Below, piece after piece: positions 46,669 through 57,465 of a DNA stretch of 64,000 bases. Within the stretch, counting starts at the first letter, position 1, and each line of letters opens with the position of its first letter. The stretch covers positions 192,001-256,000 of the forward strand of contig CAXXLX010000001.1 in assembly GCA_963665235.2 (NCBI GenBank), in the 5' to 3' direction. This DNA comes from Candidatus Poribacteria bacterium (GTDB lineage Bacteria; Poribacteria; WGA-4E; WGA-3G). Under the pieces are notes generated by a model. It did not search any database. It was not told where the DNA came from and was given only the letters and a program-made list of their open reading frames with translations. The translations under genes were made by a program, and so were the position numbers.

Positions 46669-48021
46669 ATGTCAAATATTGTGTCGACCTTAGGCGTGTC
46701 CTGGACACAAGGCAAATTTCGGTTGTTTCAGTTAATAGTTATTTTCACAGTGGGATTCGGTCTGGTTTTTGTCGGATGTGGTGAAGATGAAAACACCGAC
46801 GAACCGGCAGCGATAGTAGGGGAAACTATCACCGTCGATGGTCGCACAGTGGTGGCTTTAGAAGGCGATATCACTGAAGATAGGACACTCTCATCAGACT
46901 ACGACTATCTATTGAGTGGCCCGGTATTTGTAAAAGATGGGGCAACCCTTACCATTCAGCCCGGTGTCACCATCTATGGCGAACAGGTAGATAACGGGAC
47001 CCTCATTATTGACCAGGGTGCTAAGATTATAGCAGAGGGGACTGCTGATGCGCCTATTGTTATGACAAGTGATGCGGAAATAGGCTCGCGTGCCCGTGGA
47101 CAGTGGGGCGGTTTGATTATCAACGGGAGAGCCCCCACAAACCAAGGTATTACGTTCGGTGAAGGCGAAACAGGCGCGTTCGGTGGAAATGATCCTGCCG
47201 ATAGCAGCGGGGTGCTCCGCTACGTCCGTATCGAATACGCTGGCATAGAATTTAGTGAAGACAACGAATTGAACGGTATCGCTTTTCAAGGTGTCGGTTC
47301 CGGCACTGTCGTTGAACATGTCCAAGTTCACATGAATCAGGATGACGGTATTGAAATGTTTGGGGGCACTGTGAACATCAAATACGCCTTGGTTACCGGG
47401 GCGCGCGACGATTCGTTCGACTGGACCGATGGCTGGACAGGTAAGGGGCAATTCTGGGTCGCGCAGCAGTACGGGGACGATGCAGATAACGGCTTTGAAA
47501 ATGATAACAGCAGTAAAGATAACGAGGCAACTCCCCGTTCCGCCCCGACTATTTTCAACGTAACGCTTGTCGGTGACCCAGCGGGGCCCGAAAGTGATAA
47601 CGGTATGCTTATCCGTGAAGGTGCCGCTGGTACGTATGCTAACTTCATCGTGACGGGCTTTAACAAGGTTGGGCTGGATGTCAACAATGCGTCTTCGCAC
47701 CAGCAGGCAAAAGATGGGAAATTGGTTGTGAAAAATAGCGTCTTCTTTGAAAACGGTAAAGGGAATTTCGGGGATGAAGGAGATGATGACGGTTTCGATG
47801 AAGCAGGCTGGGCAAAAGGACTTGACAATTATGAAACAGACCCGCAGCTGAGAGCCCCGTTTAGTAAGGACGCACCAGACTTCACGCCCGGTTACGCTAC
47901 GGTTTCAGTGACACCTGCCACCCCGCCTTCAGATGGCTTCTTTGACGCTGTTGATTTCGTCGGTGGCGTGAGCCCCACCAATAACTGGCTATTAGGTTGG
48001 ACAACGAGTGCACGGAAATAG
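46669..48021 (+). CDS. Lipoprotein with pectin-lyase-like beta-helix (TBDR-associated)
   Basis: Lipobox FVGC. GQWGGLII.G.AP.N, SGVLRYVRIEYAG and DDGIEMFGG motifs. Confidence 0.8.
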   Translation: MSNIVSTLGVSWTQGKFRLFQLIVIFTVGFGLVFVGCGEDENTDEPAAIVGETITVDGRTVVALEGDITEDRTLSSDYDYLLSGPVFVKDGATLTIQPGVTIYGEQVDNGTLIIDQGAKIIAEGTADAPIVMTSDAEIGSRARGQWGGLIINGRAPTNQGITFGEGETGAFGGNDPADSSGVLRYVRIEYAGIEFSEDNELNGIAFQGVGSGTVVEHVQVHMNQDDGIEMFGGTVNIKYALVTGARDDSFDWTDGWTGKGQFWVAQQYGDDADNGFENDNSSKDNEATPRSAPTIFNVTLVGDPAGPESDNGMLIREGAAGTYANFIVTGFNKVGLDVNNASSHQQAKDGKLVVKNSVFFENGKGNFGDEGDDDGFDEAGWAKGLDNYETDPQLRAPFSKDAPDFTPGYATVSVTPATPPSDGFFDAVDFVGGVSPTNNWLLGWTTSARK

Positions 48022-48523
48022 TAACAGGACAGGATATACCATCTACCTCTCTTATATTGCAGCGGCAGTCCTGCTGTTTAGCTGCAGCTTGATAGGGTGT
48101 GAACGTCGAACCTGGGAAAATAGTCTCGACTCGCCAGACCAACTTGGTCTGGCAGTCATTGACGCGCTGAATCGGAAAGATATTGTCAGGTTAAATGCGT
48201 TGCGGGTGCAACGGCAGGTTTACCTCTCTTGGATTTATCCAGCGTTTCCAAAGAGCGGTTTTCCGCCCGAATTCGCTTGGGCAAATCTGAATAAGAGATG
48301 TAATATCGGCATGCGAAGATGGATAGAACGATACGGTGGCCTTGACCTCAAGTTTGTGAATATCCGCTTTGATGAACCGACAAAAATTTATGAGGGGTTC
48401 CAGCTGCTGCGTGGGACCGTTTTGACGTTACAGAATACCGCCGGGCAAAAACAGGTGCTGAAGATTCTCGGCTCTGTAGTTGTGAAGAATAATCGTTGTA
48501 AACTTCTCAGCTACGATGACTAG
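48008..48523 (+). CDS. Hypothetical lipoprotein
   Basis: Hydrophobic stretch plus LIGC. Overlaps the upstream stop codon. Confidence 0.65.
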   Translation: MHGNSNRTGYTIYLSYIAAAVLLFSCSLIGCERRTWENSLDSPDQLGLAVIDALNRKDIVRLNALRVQRQVYLSWIYPAFPKSGFPPEFAWANLNKRCNIGMRRWIERYGGLDLKFVNIRFDEPTKIYEGFQLLRGTVLTLQNTAGQKQVLKILGSVVVKNNRCKLLSYDD

Positions 48524-48568
48524 TGGCCTGTTCAACCCGACTTACAAATATTTGGGAGGAGTAATACT

Positions 48569-49579
48569 ATGAGTCACGCGCTCTTTAATTATACAGCCGG
48601 TAGACAGAAACGAAAACAGCGCAAGAAAAAGATGGCGCAGACAGGGAGTTCGGGTAGGCCGGCACCGAACGTTGCAAAGAAAATGACCTCGCCAGAAACC
48701 GCTCAAGTCTCCATGACTTATGTTGATGCGCAGCGGCAGAATCGTGAGGCTTCCAAGAAGTTGAAAAATAGTGCGAAAAGATTTGCGGTCGGGCTGGCAA
48801 TCGGGCTGCACGCCGTCGCTATTATTATCGGCGGTATCTATTTTGTGCGGAAGACAGTTTTGCAGAAGAATGAGGCCGCGCTTCAGAGCGTGCTTGTGGA
48901 TAAAACGAAGCTGAAACCGAAGCGGCGGACACCGCCTCGCGCAAAGCGGCCGCCGCCAAAGCCGAAGATTGTTCAGGTTCGCACGCCTAAAGCTCAACCG
49001 ATAACGACAAGCGCAAGAATTCCGATGGGTAAAGACCGGTTTACTTTGCCTGCCACGGATCTTCCGACCGGCAGGCTCGGCACCTCAAATCTAGAACGCG
49101 CAAGAGGGATGTTCACCCAGGCCCGTCAGGTGAAAATCGTCACAACAGTCCCGAAGTTTGAAGCCCCGAAGTTTGAAACTACTGTGTCAATGACAAAGCT
49201 GGATATGGGGACAAATTTAACGGCTGTGGAATTTGATATGCCGGATGACATAGATATGGTTTCGGCAAATTTAGGGGAGGCGAAGCAGTCGTTCTCGGAA
49301 TTTTTGAAGAAGGTGCGTGAACGGATTAAGCAGGTTCAGCGGTTTCCACCGAGCGTTCGGAATTTAGAACCGGGGGCTGCGACAACGGTTCGCTTTACGC
49401 TTTTCAAAGATGGCACAGTTGAACACCCGAAGGTGACCGTTTCGTCTGGCTCGCGTGTGTTGGACGATGCTGCGCTGGCAGCTGTCCAAAATGCGGTGCC
49501 GTACCCGTCGTTTCCTGAAGGACAGTCCGGGAATAGATTACGGCTTGAGCTGCCGGTTGTTTTTGAGTTGGCGAATTAG
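48569..49579 (+). CDS. Energy transducer TonB family protein
   Basis: TM helix with GLHAV, Pro/Lys-rich linker, and C-terminal SSGSRVLDDAALAAV..A.PYP.FP. Confidence 0.85.
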   Translation: MSHALFNYTAGRQKRKQRKKKMAQTGSSGRPAPNVAKKMTSPETAQVSMTYVDAQRQNREASKKLKNSAKRFAVGLAIGLHAVAIIIGGIYFVRKTVLQKNEAALQSVLVDKTKLKPKRRTPPRAKRPPPKPKIVQVRTPKAQPITTSARIPMGKDRFTLPATDLPTGRLGTSNLERARGMFTQARQVKIVTTVPKFEAPKFETTVSMTKLDMGTNLTAVEFDMPDDIDMVSANLGEAKQSFSEFLKKVRERIKQVQRFPPSVRNLEPGAATTVRFTLFKDGTVEHPKVTVSSGSRVLDDAALAAVQNAVPYPSFPEGQSGNRLRLELPVVFELAN

Positions 49580-49582
49580 AAG

Positions 49583-50760
49583 TTATACCATTTTTATTAA
49601 TTATTCTGACATTTCTCAGAGCTATCAAGAAAGTAGTCATCATATAGAGTCCGCAGGTATAGCCAACTGAAAATGCGATATTTTTGAAAAAGTTTCTATG
49701 TTTTTATTGCATGAGATGGTATCCTAATATCTTAGAAAATAACTCTGAATAGGAGAACATCTCATGCAAGAGAAGCTTATCAAATCTACAGAACATTTTC
49801 AAGCTTTCAGGTATGTCTGAGTTTATAGTAAGAACGCTATTGTGTGTGTGCGTCTGCCACCTTTATGGTCTTTACAACCCGCAGATAGGGGATGCGTTGG
49901 GTGTGGTGAAAGGCAGTCTTTATCGCAGTCTTGGTGCCCTGAGCCTTTATTATGCGCGGCGTTTGTGTCTGCGTATCGGGTGTGTGATAGGTGCAGCTGC
50001 GATTAGATCGGTTGAAGGGCAGAGTGCCTCGACCCAATCTCGGCGGCGCATTACGGTAAGTGTGGATGATACCAATGTTCCCTGCGATGGGGAGCAGGTA
50101 TCCTACTGTGGTCGGTGGTGGTCTAAAAACACAATGGGTCTATCCGGTGCCAGAACGTGTTAGGTATCACGCTGAAAGTTGGGGAGCGTGTGTATCCGCT
50201 GCACCTATGTTTAGTGAGTAAGCGTGGGCGTGGCAACACAGATAAACCCTCTCTGGTTATAGCGATGCTCATGAGGTGCTATCGTGCCTGGATGCGGAAG
50301 GGATAGACCTGCGAAAGTATCCGATTACCTTTGATTCGTGGTATGGCAGCCGCAACATGGTTCAAACCTTATCGGAGTTAGGGTTTTGTTCTATACTGAT
50401 ACACGGAAAGAGCAATTATGTCATGCACATTGGCGATACAACTGCCAAACTTTCGGTGCATAAACAGAACATAGAACTGCTTGAAAATCAATGGGCGTGT
50501 GATAAACCTGTCTGTCGGGTAAAAGCAGAAAGTCCCACTTTTGGCAAATGTGTCGTCATCTTTTTTCAGGATAGCGGCAAGATACAAACACTTTTATGCT
50601 TTGGAAAACCGCTGCGTGCCTGTGAGGCACTGCGGATCTGGAAACAACATCATGGTATTGAGCAATTTTGGCGGTATTTGAAAACAGACCTGCGAGTTTC
50701 CGCCATGCGCCTCCGAAGCACACACGGGGCCTATACCACCCTCGGTGTAAAAGTGATAAG
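49583..50760 (+). mobile_element. Degraded DDE transposase (IS4/IS701-like) remnant, multiple frameshifts, 3' end replaced by a REP array
   Basis: Fragments ITVSVDDT, ITFDSWYG and HHGIEQFWRYLK lie in different frames. Left terminus is TTATACCATTTTTATTAATTATTCT. Confidence 0.75.
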
Positions 50761-51096
50761 AAGTTTATGCTACAAGGAGAAAGCACAAACTGGAAGTTTA
50801 TGCTACAAGAAATGAAAGAGCGGAAGACAAACTGGAGGTTTATGCTACAAGGAGGCACAAACTGGAAGTTTATGCTACAAGGAGGCACAAACTGGAAGTT
50901 TATGCTACAAGAAAGAGCACAAACTGGAGGTTTATGCTACAAGGAGGCACAAACTGGAAGTTTATGCTACAAGGAGGCACAAACTGGAAGTTTATGCTAC
51001 AAGAAAGAGCACAAACTGGAGTTTATGCTACAAGGAGGCACAAACTGGAAGTTTATGCTACAAGAAAGAGCACAAACTGGAAGTTTATGCTACAAG
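50761..51096. repeat. Tandem array of GTAG-type REP (GCACAAACTGGAAGTTTATGCTACAA), 11 copies
   Basis: Reverse complement of the 10896-11136 unit. Short alternating linkers GGAG/GAAAGA. Confidence 0.92.
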
Positions 51097-52398
51097 TTTA
51101 TCCGCTTTTGCCTTTTCCTCATTGACAAATGCCAATAGAATTAACCCCCCGATAAAAAAGATTATCAAGGATATAATAGCCAATCGTGCTGTGCCCGTAA
51201 TCTGTCGGATTAATCCGAATGTGAAGGGGCCCAAGATAGCAGAAAACTTGCTAAAAACAGAATAGAATCCGTAAAACTCGGCACTTGCCTTCTCTGGAAT
51301 CATCGCGCCATAGAGGGAACGACTGAGGGATTGCGTTCCACCGAGTACGATACCCACAATCATGCCCAAAATGAAAAATTCGGTTGCAGAGTGGATAAAA
51401 TACGCATAGGTAACAACCCCACTCCAGAGGACTAACGCGAACATCACAGCGCGTTTGGTGCCCATTCTATTTGCGAGCCACCCGAATAGCATTGAGCCGC
51501 CTATAGCGACGACTTGCACCAGCAGGAGCGTCACCATCAAGTCTGTTGTTGAAAGTTCTAATTCCTCTTTTCCATAAATTGTCGCCATACTGGTAACTGT
51601 GTGGATGCCATCGTTGTAGACTATATAAGCAAGCATGAAAAGGGTGAGATGCTTGAAATGTCCTGCCTTTTTTGCGGTTGCAAGGGTCTGGCTGATGCCG
51701 AGGTACAGATATGCCAAGAGTTTGGGTTGATTGCGAAATTTTTCGGGAAGTTGCTGCTCAGCCCTACCCTCTTTCAGATATTTCAACGTCAATAGTGTCC
51801 AGCCTGCCCACCAAATTCCTGTCATCGCCATGGCGATGCGTACTGCTAATGCTTGGTCGTTAATGCCGAATTTCTCGTGCACAGCAACAAGTGCCAGGGA
51901 TATGCCAAATTGTATGGAGCCTCCGACATAACCGACTGCAAATCCCTTAGTGGAAACAGAATCGAGTTTGTCTTCAGAGGCGATTTGTGGTAAAAATGCG
52001 TCATAGAAGACATTCGCACCAATAAAGCAGACCTGCGTGCTAATATAAAGCAGGATTGTTAACCCGACATCGCCCGGTTGGCAAAAATAGAGCAGGGTTG
52101 CAAACAGGCTTCCGAGATAGGCGAAACACAACAGAAATCTTTTTTTCGCTGAAGAGAAGTCCGCAATTGCACCCAGCACGGGAGCGAGGAGAAAGACAAG
52201 CAGGGCTGCGCTTCCTACCATAAATCCCCACAGTGCTGTCGCGCTGAACGTTTGCCCGAAAAGGACAACACCGCCTTCGCCGACAATGCCTTCCTTGAAA
52301 TAGACAGGCAGCAATCCAACCCCGACAGTTGTGATGTAGGCTGAATTCGCCCAGTCGTACATATACCAACCGAAAATTGTGTTTTTGTCGTTTTTCAT
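51085..52398 (-). CDS. MFS transporter, UMF1/ATG22 family
   Basis: WYMYDWANSAY, NVFYDAFLP, GYVGG and GGTQSLSRS motifs. Confidence 0.92.
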   Translation of the reverse strand: MKNDKNTIFGWYMYDWANSAYITTVGVGLLPVYFKEGIVGEGGVVLFGQTFSATALWGFMVGSAALLVFLLAPVLGAIADFSSAKKRFLLCFAYLGSLFATLLYFCQPGDVGLTILLYISTQVCFIGANVFYDAFLPQIASEDKLDSVSTKGFAVGYVGGSIQFGISLALVAVHEKFGINDQALAVRIAMAMTGIWWAGWTLLTLKYLKEGRAEQQLPEKFRNQPKLLAYLYLGISQTLATAKKAGHFKHLTLFMLAYIVYNDGIHTVTSMATIYGKEELELSTTDLMVTLLLVQVVAIGGSMLFGWLANRMGTKRAVMFALVLWSGVVTYAYFIHSATEFFILGMIVGIVLGGTQSLSRSLYGAMIPEKASAEFYGFYSVFSKFSAILGPFTFGLIRQITGTARLAIISLIIFFIGGLILLAFVNEEKAKADKLVA

Positions 52399-52552
52399 GC
52401 GTATCCTAAGATTGAGATTTCCTCTATATTTTCTCATATTTTGCGAAGAAAATCAACTAGAAAATTGATGCATAATTTCAGTAGATTCGGTATAATTTCA
52501 GTAGTATTTGTTTAAGGAAAAATTACCCCTTCGCGCTGTAGGAGAAAACCGA

Positions 52553-53671
52553 ATGAAAATTGTCGCAGTAAAAACCTATATGGTCGATGTGCCACCGCCA
52601 CACTGGGGCGGTAGACACTGGATTTTTGTCAAATTAGTGACCGATGATGGAATTGAAGGCGTGGGTGAGTGCACTTATCATACCCGCCTGAACCACGTCA
52701 TTATTGAATTAATCAAGGATTGGGGGGAACGTTATCTCATCGGGGCAGACCCGTTCCGGATTGAGAAAATTTGGTCAACGCTTTATGAGGGCCCGTGTGT
52801 GCGACATGCCGGGCCGCTTGTCACGCCAGCGATGAGTGCGATAGAGATGGCATGTTGGGACATTGTCGGAAAGGCGGTAGGTCAACCTATCTACAACCTT
52901 TTGGGTGGGACGTTTCATGAAAAATTGAGAGCCTATTCCTATCTCTTAGAGTGGCGGCACGGCGATTCTCCAGAAAAAACGGGGGAGCTTGCACTGGCTT
53001 ACGTTGAAAAAGGGTTTACCGCTGTTAAATTTGACCCTGTCCATCCACACACGGCGGATAGATTAGAGACACTCAATTACGCGGAGAGCGTTATCCGCGG
53101 GATTCGTGATGCCGTTGGCGATAGATGCGATATTCTTATCGGGACACACGGCCAATTCAATACGAACAGTGCTATCCGTTTTGCGAAACGGGTTGAACCC
53201 TACGACCCGCTTTGGTTTGAAGAGCCGCTGCCCCCCGAAAATATTAAGGAGATGGCACGCGTCGCACAAGCCACTAGCATTCCGATAGCTACCGGTGAGC
53301 GGTTGTTGACGAAATATGAGTTCGCTGACCTGCTGGAACAGCAGGCGGCTTCTATCTTACAGATGGACTTGACGATAACCGGGGGTATCCTTGAAGCGAA
53401 GAAGATTGCATCGATGGGAGAGGCACACTATGCACAAATTGCACCGCACCTATACGGCGGTCCCATCGGCGGTGCGGCGAATATACAATTGGATGTTTGT
53501 AGTCCAAATTTCCTGATTCAGGAGGGTATCCATACCTGGGATGGGTTTCACACAGACATTCTCAAGGAGCCGATTCAGTGGGAAAATGGTTACATTATTC
53601 CCTCGACAAAACCCGGGCTCGGCGTTGAATTGAACGATGCAGTCCTAGAAAAGCATGCTGTTGAGATATAA
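52553..53671 (+). CDS. Mandelate racemase/muconate lactonizing enzyme family protein (galactonate dehydratase-like)
   Basis: EMACWDIVGK, KFDP, WFEEP, ATGERL and PGLGVELN motifs. Confidence 0.92.
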   Translation: MKIVAVKTYMVDVPPPHWGGRHWIFVKLVTDDGIEGVGECTYHTRLNHVIIELIKDWGERYLIGADPFRIEKIWSTLYEGPCVRHAGPLVTPAMSAIEMACWDIVGKAVGQPIYNLLGGTFHEKLRAYSYLLEWRHGDSPEKTGELALAYVEKGFTAVKFDPVHPHTADRLETLNYAESVIRGIRDAVGDRCDILIGTHGQFNTNSAIRFAKRVEPYDPLWFEEPLPPENIKEMARVAQATSIPIATGERLLTKYEFADLLEQQAASILQMDLTITGGILEAKKIASMGEAHYAQIAPHLYGGPIGGAANIQLDVCSPNFLIQEGIHTWDGFHTDILKEPIQWENGYIIPSTKPGLGVELNDAVLEKHAVEI

Positions 53672-55013
53672 TAAATTGAAACGGAAACGACTTCACGCGG
53701 TAATCGCTTCAGTACTAATACATATCGTCTTTGCAGTCCTTGTCGGGCTCTTCTTAACGGAGCATTGGGCATTCAACGAGGATAAGATAGAGGTTGAGTT
53801 TGTCAAACGCCCGGCGGTTAGGGACATATTCCGGCCAACTCACAAGCCGGTACAACAACGGTATCGTACCACGCAAACAGCTGTGAACCCGTTGCAAACG
53901 CCGGTGACAGGTATGACACCGGTCACTCGCCAGCAAACGCAGGTGATTCGGCAACCGCAGCTCCGTACTTTTGAGCCTGACGCGCTAAATCCTGACGATG
54001 TGACAGTGCCAAGTGTAAAGGCGAATTCTGTTAGACCTGCTAACAACGTGAAAACTGACACTGCTATTGAGGTATCGCCTGTGCTGCCTACGCCTGTTCA
54101 GGTAAAGGTGCAGCCGAATGTCACGCGAAGTCAGCGAACAGATATCCCGAGTGCAGGGTTTTCGTCGTTTTTGGAGAGCACTTTACCCGGGGATACCTTA
54201 GGGAGGGAAGCTGGCGGCACATTGCAGAACCCTGTGATGCTGCCTAAGGGGAAGCTGGGGGCAATCCTAAAAGGCACGGGTAAAACGTTTCGTGGGCATG
54301 TTCGGGTCATCCGTCTGAAACATTCACTATCGGATTGGTGGCAAGATCCGACTGCTATTCCGGCACTCATGAAGTGGTTGGATGCCCATACAACTATTCG
54401 GGCAGATATGAACTTTGCAGGCGGGGCTTTACACCTAACCGATGCAAGAATTTTAGATGCACCGCTCCTTGTGATGACAGGTCACGATAAGGATATTACC
54501 GTCGGACGTGGGCTTGTGAAGGAGGGCCCACTGCGCGCTGAATTTTCACAAGCGGAACGGGACGCACTTCGGACGTATATCGTTGACAGGGGCGGTATGC
54601 TGTTTTTTGATGATTGCGGTTTCAACGGGCTGTTTGCGCATGTAGTCGCGGATGAACTCCGACAGATTTTTCCGGAGTATCCACTACAGATTTTACCGCA
54701 TGAACATGAAATTTACAGTATCTATTATACCCTGTCGAAACCGCCAATAGGGGGGGATGTGTTTTGGGGCAGCGAAAATAACCCGAAAGCGACGCAGTTC
54801 CGATACCAGAAAGGTATTAGCATCGGTAATCGGTTAGCGGTGGTTTACAATCGTAAAGATTATATGTGTGCGATGGAGACGACCGAGGTTGAAAGTCGAA
54901 CGTTGCTGCGCTTGCGCCGCTCCACGGATGTCTATCGCTTTATGACGAATTTGTTGATTTACACGTTAAAGTACGGGGGAAATACGGATAGGACAGACTG
55001 GACAGAGAAGTAG
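53655..55013 (+). CDS. DUF4159 domain protein with N-terminal TonB-like anchor
   Basis: SVLIH TM helix. MTGH, LRTYI..GGMLFFDDC and HEIYSIYY motifs. Confidence 0.78.
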   Translation: MLLRYNKLKRKRLHAVIASVLIHIVFAVLVGLFLTEHWAFNEDKIEVEFVKRPAVRDIFRPTHKPVQQRYRTTQTAVNPLQTPVTGMTPVTRQQTQVIRQPQLRTFEPDALNPDDVTVPSVKANSVRPANNVKTDTAIEVSPVLPTPVQVKVQPNVTRSQRTDIPSAGFSSFLESTLPGDTLGREAGGTLQNPVMLPKGKLGAILKGTGKTFRGHVRVIRLKHSLSDWWQDPTAIPALMKWLDAHTTIRADMNFAGGALHLTDARILDAPLLVMTGHDKDITVGRGLVKEGPLRAEFSQAERDALRTYIVDRGGMLFFDDCGFNGLFAHVVADELRQIFPEYPLQILPHEHEIYSIYYTLSKPPIGGDVFWGSENNPKATQFRYQKGISIGNRLAVVYNRKDYMCAMETTEVESRTLLRLRRSTDVYRFMTNLLIYTLKYGGNTDRTDWTEK

Positions 55014-55026
55014 CCTAAAAAAAGAG

Positions 55027-55054
55027 TGGGCGTGGTATCCGATACCAACGCCCA
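55027..55054. terminator. Hairpin between convergent genes
   Basis: TGGGCG-TGGTATC-C-GATACCA-A-CGCCCA. The adjacent A-run gives a U-tract on the minus strand. Confidence 0.6.
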
Positions 55055-55065
55055 TCTATTCTGGG

Positions 55066-55296
55066 TTACGCAGTCGCTATAGCTGTGGTAATCTTTTCTG
55101 TCGTTGGAAATTCGCGGGTCTCTAGTTTAGAGTAAAGCAATTCTCCGTTTAAGTAAACTTCGAAAGCACCACCACTGCTAGGAACAAGTTTCACTTTTTC
55201 CACCTGACCACTATATTCCTTCTCTAAGGCTTCTGCCAAACTGGCTGCCCGTGGTTTATAGTTTCAGGATGTGCAGTACTCAATTCTTATATCCAT
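55066..55296 (-). CDS. SelT/SelW/SelH (Rdx) family selenoprotein, CxxU motif, 76 aa
   Basis: AGGAGG RBS. Translation MDIRIEYCTS-U(TGA 55264-55266)-NYKPRAASLAEAL...SGGAFEVYLNGELLYSKLETREFP. Not in the ORF track. Confidence 0.92.
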
Positions 55297-55586
55297 TTAG
55301 GCATCCTCCTAATCTTAAGAAGTATTGATATTTAATTTTACCAAAATTTTTTGGAAAATGCAAGTTTTTCTTTTTTTCTGGAGTGTGTAAAGTGTTGTCT
55401 GAATCGCGGAAAACACATGAGGACACAAGAACACGGAAAAAGAGGGTTTTTGATAACAGCTCCACATAGGAGGAGGTCGCGTGCACAGCACGCTCCTACA
55501 GAAGAGGTAGTGAGTAAAAAACACTGGCATCTTTAACGGATTCAGTCTATACTCTTTTAAACTTTACTCACAACGGAGGAGAACCG

Positions 55587-56339
55587 GTGCATATTCAACT
55601 ATCAGACAAAGTCGCCGTGATTACGGGGGCATCTACAGGTATCGGTGCGGCAACGGCTATTGCTTATGCGGCAGCGGGTGCAAAAGTTGTTCTTGGAGAT
55701 ATTAACGAAGTTGATGGCGAAAAAACAGCGCAGATAATTGTGGAAAACGGCGGGGTTGCTACATTCTGCCGGGCCGATGTTACAATTGAAGATGAAGTTG
55801 CACAACTGATACAAACGGCTGACACGGCGTACGGTCGACTTGACACGTTGGTGACTTCAGCAGGCATCTTACGCGGGCCGAGCGTTCGGATTGACGATTT
55901 TGAAGAGATAACCTTTGATTCTGTTATTGATGTTAACCTTAAAGGGACGTTTTTCGCACTGAAGCACGCTGTGCCGCTAATGGGCAGAAGCGGTGGGGGG
56001 GTTATCCTCTGTATTGCTTCAGGTGCGGGGGTTCGTGGGGGCAGCTCTTCGGTGGCTTATGCCGCTAGCAAGGGTGGTGTGAATGGGTTGGTGATGACGG
56101 TAGAAGGCCAGGTGGCTGGGCTTAATATCCGCATGCATACGATTTGTCCTGGCGGGCTTGCGACTCCGCTTAAATTAGGACAGATTGCAGAGTCCGCAAG
56201 GCGCGATGGACGTGACCCGGAGGCTGCTGTGGAAAATGCACGCGGGTCTCTCGGTGACCCGATGGGTGTTGCACGGGTGCTGACGTTCCTTGCCTCTGAT
56301 GAGGCGAATTACACACGGGGGCAAATCTTCACGCGGTAG
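55587..56339 (+). CDS. SDR family oxidoreductase
   Basis: TGASTGIG and YAASK motifs. Confidence 0.92.
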   Translation: MHIQLSDKVAVITGASTGIGAATAIAYAAAGAKVVLGDINEVDGEKTAQIIVENGGVATFCRADVTIEDEVAQLIQTADTAYGRLDTLVTSAGILRGPSVRIDDFEEITFDSVIDVNLKGTFFALKHAVPLMGRSGGGVILCIASGAGVRGGSSSVAYAASKGGVNGLVMTVEGQVAGLNIRMHTICPGGLATPLKLGQIAESARRDGRDPEAAVENARGSLGDPMGVARVLTFLASDEANYTRGQIFTR

Positions 56340-56344
56340 CTTAA

Positions 56345-56740
56345 TCACTCACAACTTGGGCTGAGCAGGTAATCGAAGTTGAGCCATAAACTTTTCGAAT
56401 AGCGGTAAAAAAAGATAGGAAATATACCGGAGACCACGCTCCATATCCCGAAATTAACGAGGAAAGGGAGTGCGGTCCAGGCTTCAAAAGCGAAGTAGCC
56501 GGGAAAAGCGACGAAAACCGTCGCGCCGTAATTGAGGTACATTGCCCCGAGGAAATATCCCTGCTCACGCTCGAACTTCAATTCACACGTTGGACAGTGT
56601 GAAAACATCCTAAAACGTGTTTGGAATAGAGCACCCTCGTTACACCGTGGGCACTTCAGCCTGAAAGCATTTATCAAAATGCGTCTTAGCACGCCAAGTC
56701 CTTTCTTATTACGTGTGCGTTCTGCGGATAGCAAAAACAA
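56345..56740 (-). CDS. DUF983 domain membrane protein
   Basis: CPRCNEG.LF...CPTC.L.FERE.GYF.GAMY plus two TM helices. Start uncertain. Confidence 0.82.
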   Translation of the reverse strand: MFLLSAERTRNKKGLGVLRRILINAFRLKCPRCNEGALFQTRFRMFSHCPTCELKFEREQGYFLGAMYLNYGATVFVAFPGYFAFEAWTALPFLVNFGIWSVVSGIFPIFFYRYSKSLWLNFDYLLSPSCE

Positions 56741-56748
56741 CCCGAGGT

Positions 56749-57390
56749 TTAGTAGGTGTTGTTATCCCAAAAGACTTTGAAGGTTCGTAGCAATATTTTA
56801 AAATCGTTCCATAGGGACAGATTTTCAATGTATTCCATGTCGACAGGAATACCTTCCCGGATGGAGCCACGGCGGTGCGGACTAAGCTGCCAGAGCCCTG
56901 TCATTCCAGGGCGTACAAGGTGTCTGCGATTTTCCCAATCTTCGTAGTGTTCCGCCAAGAAAGGCATCTCGGGACGTGGGCCAACGAGGCTCATTTCCCC
57001 CTTTAGCACATTGAATAGCTGCGGTAATTCGTCTAAGCTGGTTTTGCGAATCCATTTCCCCACAGAGGTGATGCGCACATCCTCAGTTGAATCCGGTTTC
57101 TCTGAGTAAGATGGCGTATCAATATGGAGGCTCCGAAACTTGTAAATCACAAACTGCTGATTATTTAATCCGACCCGTTTGTGTGTGAAAAGGACCGGCC
57201 CACGGGATGTCAGTTTAATCAGTAACGCTACGAGCCCCATCAGGGGTGCAAACAGAAGGATTAAGAAAAATGCTGCGATAAAATCGAACAGATGTTTGCC
57301 GTGCGTTGCGTAGAAAGAGGAGAGTCGTTCCACTAGAGTTCCTGCTGTTGTATTAGATAAGTAAGGGATGCTTGTTTTCTGTAAACTCAA
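56749..57390 (-). CDS. Bacterial sugar transferase (priming glycosyl-1-phosphate transferase)
   Basis: [27 protein letters not shown] and RPGMTGLWQ motifs. Confidence 0.93.
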   Translation of the reverse strand: MSLQKTSIPYLSNTTAGTLVERLSSFYATHGKHLFDFIAAFFLILLFAPLMGLVALLIKLTSRGPVLFTHKRVGLNNQQFVIYKFRSLHIDTPSYSEKPDSTEDVRITSVGKWIRKTSLDELPQLFNVLKGEMSLVGPRPEMPFLAEHYEDWENRRHLVRPGMTGLWQLSPHRRGSIREGIPVDMEYIENLSLWNDFKILLRTFKVFWDNNTY

Positions 57391-57465
57391 ATTTTTAATA
57401 TTTCCTATCGGTTTGATACTGCGGGTATGGAAAACCTTCGGCGTGTTTGTCCCGCGCTACGGTAT

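Noticed and set aside
46909-47700. Long antisense ORFs (also 24408-25022, 21967-22509 and others)
   Set aside because: They are shadows of well-supported genes on the opposite strand and carry no recognisable motifs.
50761-51096. Possible CRISPR or mini-array, and ORFs 50668-51138 and 50934-51125
   Set aside because: Linkers are only a few nucleotides and recur (GGAG/GAAAGA). The ORFs are translations of the tandem repeat.
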